IMG/VR virus record: IMGVR_UViG_3300027815_000008
Length of the DNA: 64,000 nt
Reading direction: 5' to 3' (one strand)
From: an uncultured virus (IMG/VR IMGVR_UViG_3300027815_000008)
Lineage: Duplodnaviria > Heunggongvirae > Uroviricota > Caudoviricetes
Part shown: one piece after another, positions 39,565 to 49,828 of the stretch
Layout of the letters: the number at the start of each line of letters is the position of its first letter
Position numbering within the stretch: position 1 is the stretch's first letter
The notes under the pieces: model-generated
Told to the model about the DNA's origin: nothing
Databases searched by the model: none
The model's input: only the letters and a program-made list of their open reading frames with translations
Program-made: the position numbers and the translations under genes

Positions 39565-40707
39565 CTAGAGTGCTTTCCCAGCAGAGAGCGTGCCCCCGTA
39601 GGTGTGCGCCTCGGTATTCTGCGCCCCCCGCACTGCCAGTTCCGCAATCTTCTGCTTGTCTGGGCTGGGTAGCGCCAAGAAGCTGTTGACCGGGTCCCGA
39701 CAGAACTGGTCCACAAAGTCCTTCTCGTACTGCGTCGAGAGGGCATCCGGGTTCATTGCCAGCTTACGCACCATCGTGCCGGTAACTGACATCCCGTTAT
39801 CTGCGTATATGGACTCGTCCATCGAGGTCTTCTCGAACGTGGCTACCGTAACCCACGGGTCCGGAATCTTCGAGTCCCAGAGCCTGTCGAAGCCGCAGTT
39901 ACGGTCCAGGTTCTCGAGTGCCTGCGCCATCTTCGTGAGCGTGAAACTGCCCCGATTTTCCCAGAGAAGATCAAATGCGGCGTACTTCTCGCTGTTAGGC
40001 TCTAGCCGCTCCATACGGGCCTTGAAGCCGAACGGCAGCATCTCCGAGACCGCCTCACCGGCGTAACGCGCCACGAGGTCAGGAATCTCGAAGGAGTCCT
40101 TGATGCTCGCTTCCTTCACCAGGGTGCCCGCCCGCTCAACGATCTTCTGCGCCATCTCGCGTCGAAGTGACGGTTCCATGAACCGATGGTTGTCCACGAA
40201 GTAGTCGCAAGCCAGCTTCACGTGTTCCCCGTTGAAGATGGGAAAGCGGGCCTCGACGCGACCGTCCTCGTGCTGCCGGTAGAAAGCGAACTTCTCCGGA
40301 GTCACCGGACCCAGACCGGAGACGCGCTCCGGCTCAAGTACCGTCTCGCCAGACGCTACCTTTACGAGCAGATTAGGCACGTCGACCTGGTAGGCCAGGC
40401 TTGCGAGTTTGATCTTGTGTGCTACGGTCTGCTGCACGCGGGCAGGCAGCACGTGCGCGTGTTTGAGGAAGTACGCCCCCGAAAGCCACGTTGCCGCGCG
40501 GGAGTCCAGCGCGTACTTCCGGATCGGACGCCCTTCGACGTCGGAGTCGACGTATGCGTACAAGCTGTCCGGGATGACGTGGGCACTTGTCGGGGCGTGG
40601 GCAGTACGCACCCAGTCAGGTAGCACGCCCTCGTAGGCAGCCTGCTTGACCAGGTCGCCGTCACTGTCGTCCAAGAGGTCCAAGATGCGGCCCGCAATGT
40701 TGGGCAT
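39565..40707 (-). CDS. Putative head or virion protein
   Basis: 380 aa; AAGGAGG SD; many KxA/S motifs. Confidence 0.65.
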   Translation of the reverse strand: MPNIAGRILDLLDDSDGDLVKQAAYEGVLPDWVRTAHAPTSAHVIPDSLYAYVDSDVEGRPIRKYALDSRAATWLSGAYFLKHAHVLPARVQQTVAHKIKLASLAYQVDVPNLLVKVASGETVLEPERVSGLGPVTPEKFAFYRQHEDGRVEARFPIFNGEHVKLACDYFVDNHRFMEPSLRREMAQKIVERAGTLVKEASIKDSFEIPDLVARYAGEAVSEMLPFGFKARMERLEPNSEKYAAFDLLWENRGSFTLTKMAQALENLDRNCGFDRLWDSKIPDPWVTVATFEKTSMDESIYADNGMSVTGTMVRKLAMNPDALSTQYEKDFVDQFCRDPVNSFLALPSPDKQKIAELAVRGAQNTEAHTYGGTLSAGKAL

Positions 40708-40927
40708 GTGCCCTCCTTTACGTATCCTTCAGAATCCAATGGTAATACCCCACCTGGGGTAGCGTCAACAAGCCCAGCCAGGCCGCAAGGCAAAGAAGGG
40801 CCCAGAAACGGGTATAAGCATTATAGTAGAAAGGATTAGCTCCATCCTCGCTACTGCTGTCGGCGTACGACGACAGCTCCCGACCGGCCTCACGGCTGGA
40901 TTACAGGGATCCGGAGCAGGTGAAACC

Positions 40928-41224
40928 ATGTTCGGATTCAGCAAGTCTTCGGTTCCCGCGGTCGTTGTCGTCGCCCCCGCCCCCGTCGCCCCCAGCTTCG
41001 GGGGAAGGGTCGGCGAGAAGGCCACGGATATGGTCGCGGATATACTCGCCCGGACGATAGTGGTCAGCGCGGCGGCGCTGGTCACCGGCCTCGCCACCGG
41101 CGTCATCGTCGGCATCGGCGAGGTCATCTCCCGCCGCGCCGAGGCGAAGGTCAAGTCCGACGCCAAGGAGCAGCTCCTCGAGGAGCTGCTCCGCGAACGC
41201 GCTGCTTACCAGTCCGCGGCCTAA
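40928..41224 (+). CDS. Small membrane protein
   Basis: Hydrophobic TIVVSAAALVTGLATGVIVGIG followed by a charged helix; GGTATAAG at 40811. Confidence 0.65.
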   Translation: MFGFSKSSVPAVVVVAPAPVAPSFGGRVGEKATDMVADILARTIVVSAAALVTGLATGVIVGIGEVISRRAEAKVKSDAKEQLLEELLRERAAYQSAA

Positions 41225-41225
41225 T

Positions 41226-41296
41226 AACAGGGTGCGGATTAGGTAGCTCTGGAGATCGCTCCAGAGCTACCTAATCCGCACCGCCCTGTTCTTTTT
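41226..41296 (+). terminator. Long hairpin terminator containing a 24-bp perfect inverted repeat
   Basis: 41231-41254 pairs with 41259-41282, loop ATCG, then CCCTGTTCTTTTT. Confidence 0.75.
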
Positions 41297-41371
41297 GCTA
41301 TACGCATTTCCTGGTATAAGTACAACAGTTGGCCCTGATATTCATCGGGACCTATACAAGGGAGGCGGAGT

Positions 41372-41773
41372 ATGGGGATCCTACGGATGCCCAATAAGGC
41401 AAAGCCGAAGGCGACAGTGACGGAGGCTTTGATGGAACGCCTGGGACAGGTAGGTGCGATGGGCGACGTCGCCAGTTCTATAAAAGCGGTAGCAGATACC
41501 GTGCGTGGGGAAGGCACGCAGACGTGGGCAAAGGTATTGGGCGGTCTCGCACTCACGGTCATATGTACCCCGCCACAGCTTCTACCGCTCAAGCTGCAAG
41601 CCGACGCAGTCAAAGCACTTGCCACAGCGGTGTTCGCGGCCAGCCAAGTCTTTGGTAAAAAGGTGGCGGTGAAGAGCTTCGACTTTATCGAGACGGCCAG
41701 CGAGGTTGTCGCTCGGGCGCAGAAGATCAAGAGGGCGCTCGAACCGGTACCGGAGGAGGGAGAAGCCGAATAG
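41372..41773 (+). CDS. Hypothetical protein
   Basis: GGTATAAG 41313; GGGAGG SD. Confidence 0.65.
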   Translation: MGILRMPNKAKPKATVTEALMERLGQVGAMGDVASSIKAVADTVRGEGTQTWAKVLGGLALTVICTPPQLLPLKLQADAVKALATAVFAASQVFGKKVAVKSFDFIETASEVVARAQKIKRALEPVPEEGEAE

Positions 41774-41888
41774 TAGTTTGAACTACTGTTTGCCGGGGAC
41801 GCCCAGAAAGGGTGTCCCCGTATGCTAGACTGCCCCCTGACTTTGGCTTGGATAAGCCAACAAACGTAAGTAGCTGGAGGGAAGAGTT

Positions 41889-42389
41889 ATGGGCGCCACG
41901 TACGCATCGGGCAGTAGACGCAACGAACCGTGCCATTGCGGTAGCGGAAAGAAATACAAGAAGTGCTGCCTCCTGAAAGTACAGGAAGATATCCGGCAGA
42001 ACGCGCACACGCACATGCTGCCTGGAACCGTCTCGTTGAAACTGATGTATCGTCGTTGGCCTCGTTTCACGTGGTTCATAGCAAAATTCTTGCTGGCCGC
42101 CAATCCCCACCCAGACGACGCACAGGATATGGGGCACAAAACCGTCTGGAGTATGGTCGAGCGGATTTTCTACGACCTGCGTGGAATGGGTTCTGCACGA
42201 GAGACGGCCGACGCGAAGGAACAGTGCAGACGCACGCTTCAAATACGGCACAAGATACTCGGGATGGACCTTATCGCGCAGCCGTCTGGACTGCGTCTGG
42301 ATCGTACGTGGTTCGCGCGTCGTATGAGCATGGGGGATCGGACGTCACATACGCCCTCCAACTCGACAATGAGAAAAGGTGGCAGGTAA
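41889..42389 (+). CDS. SEC-C Zn-binding motif protein
   Basis: RNEPCHCGSGKKYKKCC. Confidence 0.8.
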   Translation: MGATYASGSRRNEPCHCGSGKKYKKCCLLKVQEDIRQNAHTHMLPGTVSLKLMYRRWPRFTWFIAKFLLAANPHPDDAQDMGHKTVWSMVERIFYDLRGMGSARETADAKEQCRRTLQIRHKILGMDLIAQPSGLRLDRTWFARRMSMGDRTSHTPSNSTMRKGGR

Positions 42390-43403
42390 TGAAAATAAAA
42401 GAGCCGTCGCTCATAGTGCTTACGACACCAAAGTTGATGATCATCGAACAGATCAATGAGTCGTTGGCGCTCTACCAGCGTACGAGTGGGGACCTGTTCA
42501 CCTACTTCGTACGGCCTATCCACACCGTCAACGACCCCAGCAACCGAGAGAGTATTGGCTGTCGTGTCGACACCGAAGGCGAAGCGGACGTCAACGCAAT
42601 GGCTGCGGCGATTGCGGATCAACTACGCAACCTGTCTATTTACAGCTTCTCGATCTTGAAAATGGGGTCGTTGGTAGCTGGTGAGGAGTACGAAAGACTC
42701 GAGTGTGGCGGAACCTATGCAACGCGCCACGAGGCGTTGAAAGCTCTACTTTTCAAAGAATATGGCGGTGGACGACAAACTGAAGCGGATACTGATTGAT
42801 GTCAGGAGAAGCAAGATGACCTCCGCAAAGCACCTCTCGTACAAGGGCGCTATGGATATGGCGCGGATCATGACACACGCGCTGGCAGAACTCTTCGGGC
42901 ACTACGACATCTCTATCGTGGACAGCCAGAGTGACTTGGCGCAGGCACTGGGCTTGACGCCAGAAGAGGCGGGCATCGCGCTGATTGTTTCTGCGGCGCA
43001 CGGTGCCGACAACGCCTTTGACGAAAGGGATATGGCGCTCTCCTCCCTCTACCAACTCATGCACATGGCATACGTGAAGAGTATGCCTTGTACGATACAC
43101 AAGACGCACACGCAGGCGCAGACGATGTACATCCTCGCCAGCCTTGCCGCGGATATCATACTTGATACTAAAAGCAACCAGGACAAAGATCCTGGTGTTG
43201 TCATACAGGAGTACGTGCGGCAGCTCAGCGTAACCGACGCGTGCATGAAAGACATATACAAAAGCTTTGATGGAGCGCCGGACTGGTCGGCCCTCCTGGC
43301 TCGGGTACTCATGATCGGTCTGGCAAAGGCTGGTAACGCGTACGTGCAGTACATCGCCGAACGGGACCTGCACGAGTCCGTCAAGCCCGCTGACTTGAAC
43401 TAA
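42389..43403 (+). CDS. Two hypothetical proteins (42389-42799, 42762-43403)
   Basis: TAATG coupling at 42387-42391; contiguous ORFs. Confidence 0.6.
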
Positions 43404-43463
43404 CGCATTCCGGTATAAGAATAGTGTCAGAGAAATACTCTCTGGCATTAACAAGGAGGTCCC

Positions 43464-43967
43464 ATGATACCCCTTATACTAGGGGCCTGTGGGGCGGGCA
43501 TATCCGCCCTGATAGGCCTCGATATGTTGGGCGATCGCGGTCGAAGGATCGCCCAAGAGCACGAAAACTCCGCAGTGCGGGATGCGGAGACCGCGGCGAG
43601 TCGGCTTGCGGCCGACACGGCAGTGCGGGTCGAGGGGATCAAGGCGGCCAACGCCTTGGCCCTCAAGAAGCTCGAGTGCGAGCACGCCATCGAGCTTGAG
43701 ACGCTCAAGCTCGATGGCGTGCGCGGTGGGCACGTGGCCACCGCAGACCTCGAGAAGGCCAAGGCAGCAACCGCGGCCCGACTCGAGGCCGCTAAGATCA
43801 AGGCCACGGCCGTGATCGAGGCGGCAAAGATCGATGTCGCACACGCCAAGTGCGCTGTCGACACAGCCCGAGACAACCGGGCTGAGACACTGCTCACACG
43901 AGCTCTAGCAGAGCTCGAGGCGGGCAACATTGACGCCGTCCGGCTACTCCTCGGCTTCAAGCCGTAG
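43464..43967 (+). CDS. N-terminally anchored Ala-rich coiled-coil protein
   Basis: MIPLILGACGAGISALIGL followed by an Ala/Glu/Lys-rich helix; GGTATAAG 43412, leader hairpin, AAGGAGG. Confidence 0.7.
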   Translation: MIPLILGACGAGISALIGLDMLGDRGRRIAQEHENSAVRDAETAASRLAADTAVRVEGIKAANALALKKLECEHAIELETLKLDGVRGGHVATADLEKAKAATAARLEAAKIKATAVIEAAKIDVAHAKCAVDTARDNRAETLLTRALAELEAGNIDAVRLLLGFKP

Positions 43968-43982
43968 GAGTAGGAGGCAGTC

Positions 43983-44405
43983 ATGAAACTCGTTGTCTTG
44001 TCTCGGGAAAAGATCGAGTTCGAGCCCCCACCCAGGGCTCCATACGCCGTGGTCTCGATGCACGGCGGGGGCGACCCACCGACAAAGGTGGTGCCTGGCA
44101 CCCAGTGCAAGGGAATCCTGTTCATGGAGTTCAATGATGTCGAGGACCCGCGGGTCCGCGGATCGATCACCAACGCACAGGCCAGGGAGATCTGGAAGTT
44201 CGTGAAGGGAGTCTGGTCGGAGATCAAGATCCTGGTCTGCCAATGCAACCGGGGGATCAGTCGAAGCTCGGCGGTGGCCGCTGCCGCGTCCAAGATCTAC
44301 TTGGGCACGGACGAGTACTTCTTCAACCACCCGAAGTACGACCCCAACGTGCTCGTGCATTCCAGAATCCTGAAGGCGGCTGTGGAGGACGGGATGGAAT
44401 TCTAA
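43983..44405 (+). CDS. Protein-tyrosine/dual-specificity phosphatase-like protein
   Basis: CX5R loop QCNRGISRSSAVAAA, upstream FNDVED, downstream PNVLV. Confidence 0.8.
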   Translation: MKLVVLSREKIEFEPPPRAPYAVVSMHGGGDPPTKVVPGTQCKGILFMEFNDVEDPRVRGSITNAQAREIWKFVKGVWSEIKILVCQCNRGISRSSAVAAAASKIYLGTDEYFFNHPKYDPNVLVHSRILKAAVEDGMEF

Positions 44406-44411
44406 CGTTTC

Positions 44412-44446
44412 CAGAAGGGTACCCCACAGGGGGACCTTCTGTTTTT
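44412..44446 (+). terminator. Intrinsic terminator closing the + strand island
   Basis: CAGAAGG..CCCC-ACA-GGGG..CCTTCTG then TTTTT. Confidence 0.7.
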
Positions 44447-44448
44447 GC

Positions 44449-46272
44449 TTACGGAACGATGAGGTCCCGGAACTTCGCGGTAAGCGCCACGGGCACAACG
44501 ATACGTCGGGTGGGTTCGAGCCTCGGGATCACGACAGCATAGTCCGTGGTAGCTGGCGTGAGAATCGAGTTCGGGAACAGGTCTACAAACCAGAAACCGC
44601 GGGCATCCGTAGTGCGCCGGATACTCTCCGGGACGATGACACCGTTGAAGAAGGCCACGTCGGAGATCCTGACCTCGATCGGGATGTTCGCAAGACCCGT
44701 CCCAGAGCCGTCAAGTATCAGGTCCCACACACGAGTCCGGGATAGCCCAGACTCCGTTTGAAACGGGTTGGTGGCTATCGACGGGATTCCGTCGGTGTTT
44801 ACCGCTTCGACTTTGTAGTGGTCTGCAACGCCCCCCGTCGTATCGACGAAGACAATAGCTGCGGGGCCTGCAACGTGTACTTGCGTCCCTGCCAGGGTGT
44901 ACGTCCCACCAAGCGTTGTAGACCGATAATACCGGTAGAAGCTCACGTTCGCTTCCAGGTTTGCGGCGTGGGTCACTCTGTTCGACATCGAAGGTCTCCT
45001 AGAACATCAAGAGGACGTCTTCCAGATCACTCTGGAGGATGCCGCCTGTCGCTCCCAGGGGGGCCGTGGGGAACGCAATAGCCTTGATTCGGATGGATCC
45101 CCCCGACGTCCCAGTGACGGTAAATGGCACAGTATAGAGCGGCTTGAGCAATGTCGGCAGGGTGCCATCGATGGTGTAGTGGATTTCGAACGCACCGGCG
45201 ATATCGGACAGGATCGCAATGACACGCGTGAGAGCGGCGGTACCTACGGACACGTCAAAGGTCAGGTCCGGCTGCTGGGGTATCTGCAACGCGACGGTCG
45301 AGACAACCGAGTTCGCAAAGCCTGATCCGTCGAGCGCGATAGCAATGTACTTGAGGGTAAACGACTGCCCAGGCGCACCTGTAACCCGTATCGGGGTAAG
45401 GTACCTGGGCTTGGTTGCGCTTGGTGTCGAGTTATCCAGTGTGTAGTAGATGGGAGCGATGTTGTTGACCAGTGCGAGCGTAATCGTGTGCCCCAACGTG
45501 TCCGTAACGCGCGTAAAAGACACCTCCAAGACAGGGGGCAACGGCGGTGGGGCTGGTTGAGCGCGGTAGCCCGTAGGAGGCAGCAGGGTTGTGATGGCAG
45601 CACGGGGGTCTGCAACCGAAGCAGGTCTCCCTATACCGCTAGCAGCCGGGAGGGACACGTTGAGGGATAGGAGTACAGTTACGCCTATTTGACCTGACGC
45701 GGTGAGAGTCATCAGAGATCAATCATCGTGTTGTTTACAACCGTGCTGGACCCATCCGGTACCATAAGCAGTGTAACCTCCGCGAAGTACGTTCTGCCCT
45801 TTACTATCGATATGGGTAGCGACTCGAACTTGAATACGCCCAGCGCATCTCGCAGGTTGGTTGACGGATAGCTCATGATAACTACCCCATCCAGAAGCAG
45901 TCTGAGCGTTGCTTGATACGTGTCCGGGACACGTGCGCCGTTCTTCTCCGCCCACGTAAAGATTTCGAGCCTTCGAGATATTGGCTCGTACTGGCCTGTA
46001 AGACGCGCGGTGAGAAACGGTGCCATACTGGACATAACGATTGTCTCCCCGATATCTAGGGTGCGCGTGAACTTCAAGTCACCGGAACTCGGGTTCGTCC
46101 CAGGGTATACATCAGCCTCAAGGTCCGCCGCCGACATGCCCTTGAGCTGATATATGCCGACGAAGACCTCGATCTGCTCCGACATGAAGTCGAACAGACT
46201 ATACGGGACCAGGCCTGTGACGTTCGTACCGGCAGGTATAGCCGTGATGACCTTCAGGGTTTGAACAGGCAT
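44449..46272 (-). CDS. Three beta-rich virion proteins (44449-44988; 44999-45712 with two Fn3-associated/chitobiase-like repeats; 45712-46272)
   Basis: IYYTLDNSTP and IHYTIDGTLP motifs; composition typical of structural proteins. Confidence 0.65.
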
Positions 46273-46284
46273 TACGGCCTCCGA

Positions 46285-48474
46285 TCAAGGCAAGAATAGC
46301 AGCTGAAGAGCCATGATAGCGTTAAGGTCTCCGATCCGTAATCCTGCAGGAACTCGCCCCAGCTTGAAGATCCGTGGGGTAAACACAGTAAGCATGGTGT
46401 TATCTGTGGCCATAGAGTACACGACCTCCGTCGAGCCATCGAAGCTGAAATAATCGACGAAACGGGAAGAGCCAGCAGCACGGAACTTCCCGTAGACCAA
46501 GTCACCTGCCCCAGAGAGTATAGGCTTACCTGTTGTCGCTTGCAGGAGGATGGCCAAGTTCGCCGAGCCCTCTGTAAAGGTTACCAGACCTTCACGGTCT
46601 GCACGATCCGAAATAGGAATACCAGAGACGAAACTGGTGATGTCCGTACTCGTGGTAGAGGCCCCTACCGTCTGGTAGGACACCGCATGATACGCCCTGT
46701 TAAAGAAGCCTGGAGCGTCTGCGGCATCTAGCGGACTCGGACTCCAGGACCCGATGATCACGCCCTCTCTGAGGTGTACGGTGTCAAACGAGGCCGCAAG
46801 CGACCCCCCAGCGTCTGGAATGAGTTCTATGGAGAGTAGCGTGACCCCCGCCGGTACGGCCAGCGTAAAGGTCCGGGTATAGGTACCGGCAGCACCGGCG
46901 ATAAGCTCTTGCCGGATGACGCCCAGACCGGAGTCTCGGAAGATCAACTTGGCTTCCGGGGAGCTGATCAGAGTGACCGTAACGCCTACTACGATGCTCT
47001 TGCTGCGTAAGAACCGACTGGTCGACGCGGACAGGACTTGCTTGAGTGCGCCATTAGCTGCCGTAGCAGTCAGCCTGGCGGCATAAAGACCGGGGTCAGC
47101 GTTGGAGCCTGTCTCCGGGATTGCGGTCACACCGGACAACTCCCAGTGGAACGGGCGGCCATCTATCCAACGCTCAAACGAGGAGTTCAGGAGCAGGTTA
47201 TCGGCTTGACCTGCACCTGCTTGTGCTGCCAGCGCGTAACGAAGGTCGCCAGCAGCTTGATGGATAACCGGGTTGGTCCCGGAGTAGGCGGTGGTATTGC
47301 TCCCAGCCGTAAGTGCCAGACGCTCTGCAGCAGTCAGGTGTATGTTGACAGCAGCATGTGTGGTGATAAGGTCTTGCCCAGCTGTCAAAGTCAGGAACGG
47401 GTTAGCCGTAGCTGGGGCAGCTGCCGCATCCAGTGCGGCCCGCTGCGCTGCAGTAACGTGCGTGGTATTGCCTACATGAGATAGAAGCGCGTAGTTCGCG
47501 TCTGCGTAACTCTTCCCAACCACGAAATTCGATACGGTAAGTACCGGACTCGCCGCGTTGAGCGCGTCTTTTAGTGCCTGCGTAATGTGAATCGAGACGT
47601 CTTGCGAGTGCGTGAGCGCTGCATAACGCCCGTCACCCTGACTTACGGTGACCGGCGGGTTGGTCGCCGTGATCGCAGGACTTGCAGCAGCCAGACCAGC
47701 ACCAATCGCAGCTGTGACATGAATACTCCCGTTGGTGACGTGCGCGAACACACCATTGGCACCAGACCTGGTGATATCACGAGTTGCCATAAGGTCAAGG
47801 GAGGTATCCAGCACCCCGGTCCTGGCCGTGCCATTGAGCGCGATAATACGAGAGCCGTCCGGCCCGTACTCGAGGTTGGAGTTCGCCGTCTTACCTAAAG
47901 TGGTCGTACCCCCAGTCTCGAAGGCGTTGTTCACTTTCGCACCGCTAGTAGAGCTGATTATCACCTGACCGCTGGCCGTATTGGTGATACCGCCCTTGGC
48001 GTCTAACAGGGAAGACACCGAAAGACCACCTGCGATCGTGGTCGTATCCGACGCAGAGTCGCCCAGCGTGGTGTTCCCGTTAACCGTCAGGCTTCCTGTA
48101 ACAACCAGGTCGGCCAACGTCGTGGTTCCGGACTGGCCGGTACCTGCGACCGTTACCTTCTGGGCAACGATATTGCCCTTGGAGTCGACGGTAGCCAGCG
48201 TGGTCCCAATCGAAGAGAGAATCTTGAGTTTGAAGATACTACCCTCTGCCGCTGAGTCCTCGGCGAGCGTAGCGTTCTTGAGCGTGACGTTGGTACCGGC
48301 CCCATTCACCGTAATAGAGTTCGGAATGATGTTGAGCAGGGCGCTGAGAGAGGAATGGTGTGCGTTGCTGTCGGCACTGTGGGGTGCCAACGCTACCGCA
48401 AGGACGGTGTTGGTAGGGCTGATAACAGCCGCAAGAACGTCCAGGATCGCCTGGTAGTCAGCGGTGATGGCCAT
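46285..48474 (-). CDS. Tail-fibre-like protein with CBM-like domain
   Basis: LTVNGNTTLGD and H[VIL]T.A..AAL.A repeats, NLLLNSSFE; start probably MAITAD at 48474. Confidence 0.7.
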   Translation of the reverse strand: MAITADYQAILDVLAAVISPTNTVLAVALAPHSADSNAHHSSLSALLNIIPNSITVNGAGTNVTLKNATLAEDSAAEGSIFKLKILSSIGTTLATVDSKGNIVAQKVTVAGTGQSGTTTLADLVVTGSLTVNGNTTLGDSASDTTTIAGGLSVSSLLDAKGGITNTASGQVIISSTSGAKVNNAFETGGTTTLGKTANSNLEYGPDGSRIIALNGTARTGVLDTSLDLMATRDITRSGANGVFAHVTNGSIHVTAAIGAGLAAASPAITATNPPVTVSQGDGRYAALTHSQDVSIHITQALKDALNAASPVLTVSNFVVGKSYADANYALLSHVGNTTHVTAAQRAALDAAAAPATANPFLTLTAGQDLITTHAAVNIHLTAAERLALTAGSNTTAYSGTNPVIHQAAGDLRYALAAQAGAGQADNLLLNSSFERWIDGRPFHWELSGVTAIPETGSNADPGLYAARLTATAANGALKQVLSASTSRFLRSKSIVVGVTVTLISSPEAKLIFRDSGLGVIRQELIAGAAGTYTRTFTLAVPAGVTLLSIELIPDAGGSLAASFDTVHLREGVIIGSWSPSPLDAADAPGFFNRAYHAVSYQTVGASTTSTDITSFVSGIPISDRADREGLVTFTEGSANLAILLQATTGKPILSGAGDLVYGKFRAAGSSRFVDYFSFDGSTEVVYSMATDNTMLTVFTPRIFKLGRVPAGLRIGDLNAIMALQLLFLP

Positions 48475-48643
48475 GGGCTTGGGAATGGGGTCAAAGCTGC
48501 GTTCTACTTGGTGAGCCCAAGTATACGGTGAACGGCCTGCCGATCTCAAGTTCCCAGGTTAAACCTGGTACAAGACTATGGGAGCAGCATACCCAGGTCA
48601 TCCGACCGAAGAGCTGCAGGAGCCGTATAGGAGGGCTTCTACC

Positions 48644-49141
48644 ATGGAGAACATCATCGGTATCGTGCTGTGTCTGGCCCCGCAACTTGCGGAGACTGTC
48701 GGGATTCTGCGGTGGGTCATCACCCACGCGCACCCCGATGACGGCCAGTTGGTTTTCCTGATGCCGATCGATCGGGCTCTGGACGGCGTGCCGGCGCCGG
48801 CCAGGCACGACGTCGAGGTCGAGGCGCTAGGGCTAGTTCGAACGGGGGCGGGGATCTGGGCACTGCTCCCAACCCTCCTGGGGGTGGCATACATGGAGTG
48901 CAAACTCTACCCCGAGGAGCGGGAAGAAATCCACGCGAGGTTCAACGCCATGTTGGGCCTGGGGGGTCGCCTCCCCTCAGATCGGGAATATGCAGCTCCC
49001 GGGGCGGATCTGCAGCTCACGGCTGAGGAGCTGGCGTTCATGGTAGATATGGACGAGGAGGCGGCAGAGGCCGCCTACCTCCCAATTCTCCAGGCGGCCA
49101 ACCGCCTGGACGAAGCCCTGGAGGTGCTAGAAGATGCGTAA
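48644..49141 (+). CDS. Hypothetical cargo gene of + strand cassette 2
   Basis: GGTACAAG 48567, CCGTATAGGAGG SD, ATG 48644. Confidence 0.65.
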   Translation: MENIIGIVLCLAPQLAETVGILRWVITHAHPDDGQLVFLMPIDRALDGVPAPARHDVEVEALGLVRTGAGIWALLPTLLGVAYMECKLYPEEREEIHARFNAMLGLGGRLPSDREYAAPGADLQLTAEELAFMVDMDEEAAEAAYLPILQAANRLDEALEVLEDA

Positions 49142-49354
49142 CGGATATGTGATTCTCCCCTCCTACGGGAGGGGGTGCCGGTTCGCCACCAAAGCGTGGA
49201 ACCGCCGGAACAGGGCGTCCATGAAAACGGCCGCCAAGCGGGGCGCGCCGCGCTCTCCGCCAGGGACGGGAGGACTTAACCAAGTTCTTTCTGGACGTGC
49301 GGGTGGCGTAATTGCCGCCAAGGAGGAGATAGGTGCTGAAGTACATAATCGAGA

Positions 49355-49405
49355 GAACAACCTAAGTGGAAGGCTTCGGCTACCCCACAAGGCTCTGTTC
49401 TCTTT
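49355..49405 (+). terminator. cUUCGg-capped 47-nt hairpin, copy 2
   Basis: 45 of 47 nt identical to 33933-33979. Confidence 0.7.
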
Positions 49406-49458
49406 ACTACCAAAAGAAGAACCCGCCTCCTACGAAGCGGGCCAGAGCAAGAACCGGA

Positions 49459-49731
49459 CTAGTTGACAGCGTTCTTGAGGGCGCTACCGGCGGTGAACTT
49501 GATCGCCTTGCGTGCGGCGATCTGTATTGCTACGCCGGTCTGGGGGTTGATGCCCTTGCGCGCGGCTCGCTTGGACACACTGAACTTCCCGAAACCGATG
49601 AGGTTGACCTCGCCACCCTTCTTCAAGGTCTTGCGGGTGACGGCCTGGAACCCATCGAGGATGGCTTCCACAACGGTCTTGGGCTGCTTGGTCTCTTCGG
49701 ACAGGGCACTCACGAGCTCACTCTTGTTCAT
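49459..49731 (-). CDS. hup: Histone-like DNA-binding protein HU
   Basis: MNKSELV...VNLIGFGKFSVSKRAARKGINPQTG...IKFTAGSALKNAVN. Confidence 0.95.
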   Translation of the reverse strand: MNKSELVSALSEETKQPKTVVEAILDGFQAVTRKTLKKGGEVNLIGFGKFSVSKRAARKGINPQTGVAIQIAARKAIKFTAGSALKNAVN

Positions 49732-49828
49732 TATCTGCCGGACTCCTTCAATATGATTGGGGTAAATCCCTGATGGGGACTGGGAAATGTATCAGCGGGC
49801 CCCAAAGAAGTCAAGCTGGCAGCGAAGT

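Noticed and set aside
39540..39746. N-terminal extension of the 615-aa ORF call
   Set aside because: It overlaps the 39565-40707 gene; the start at 39539 fits better.
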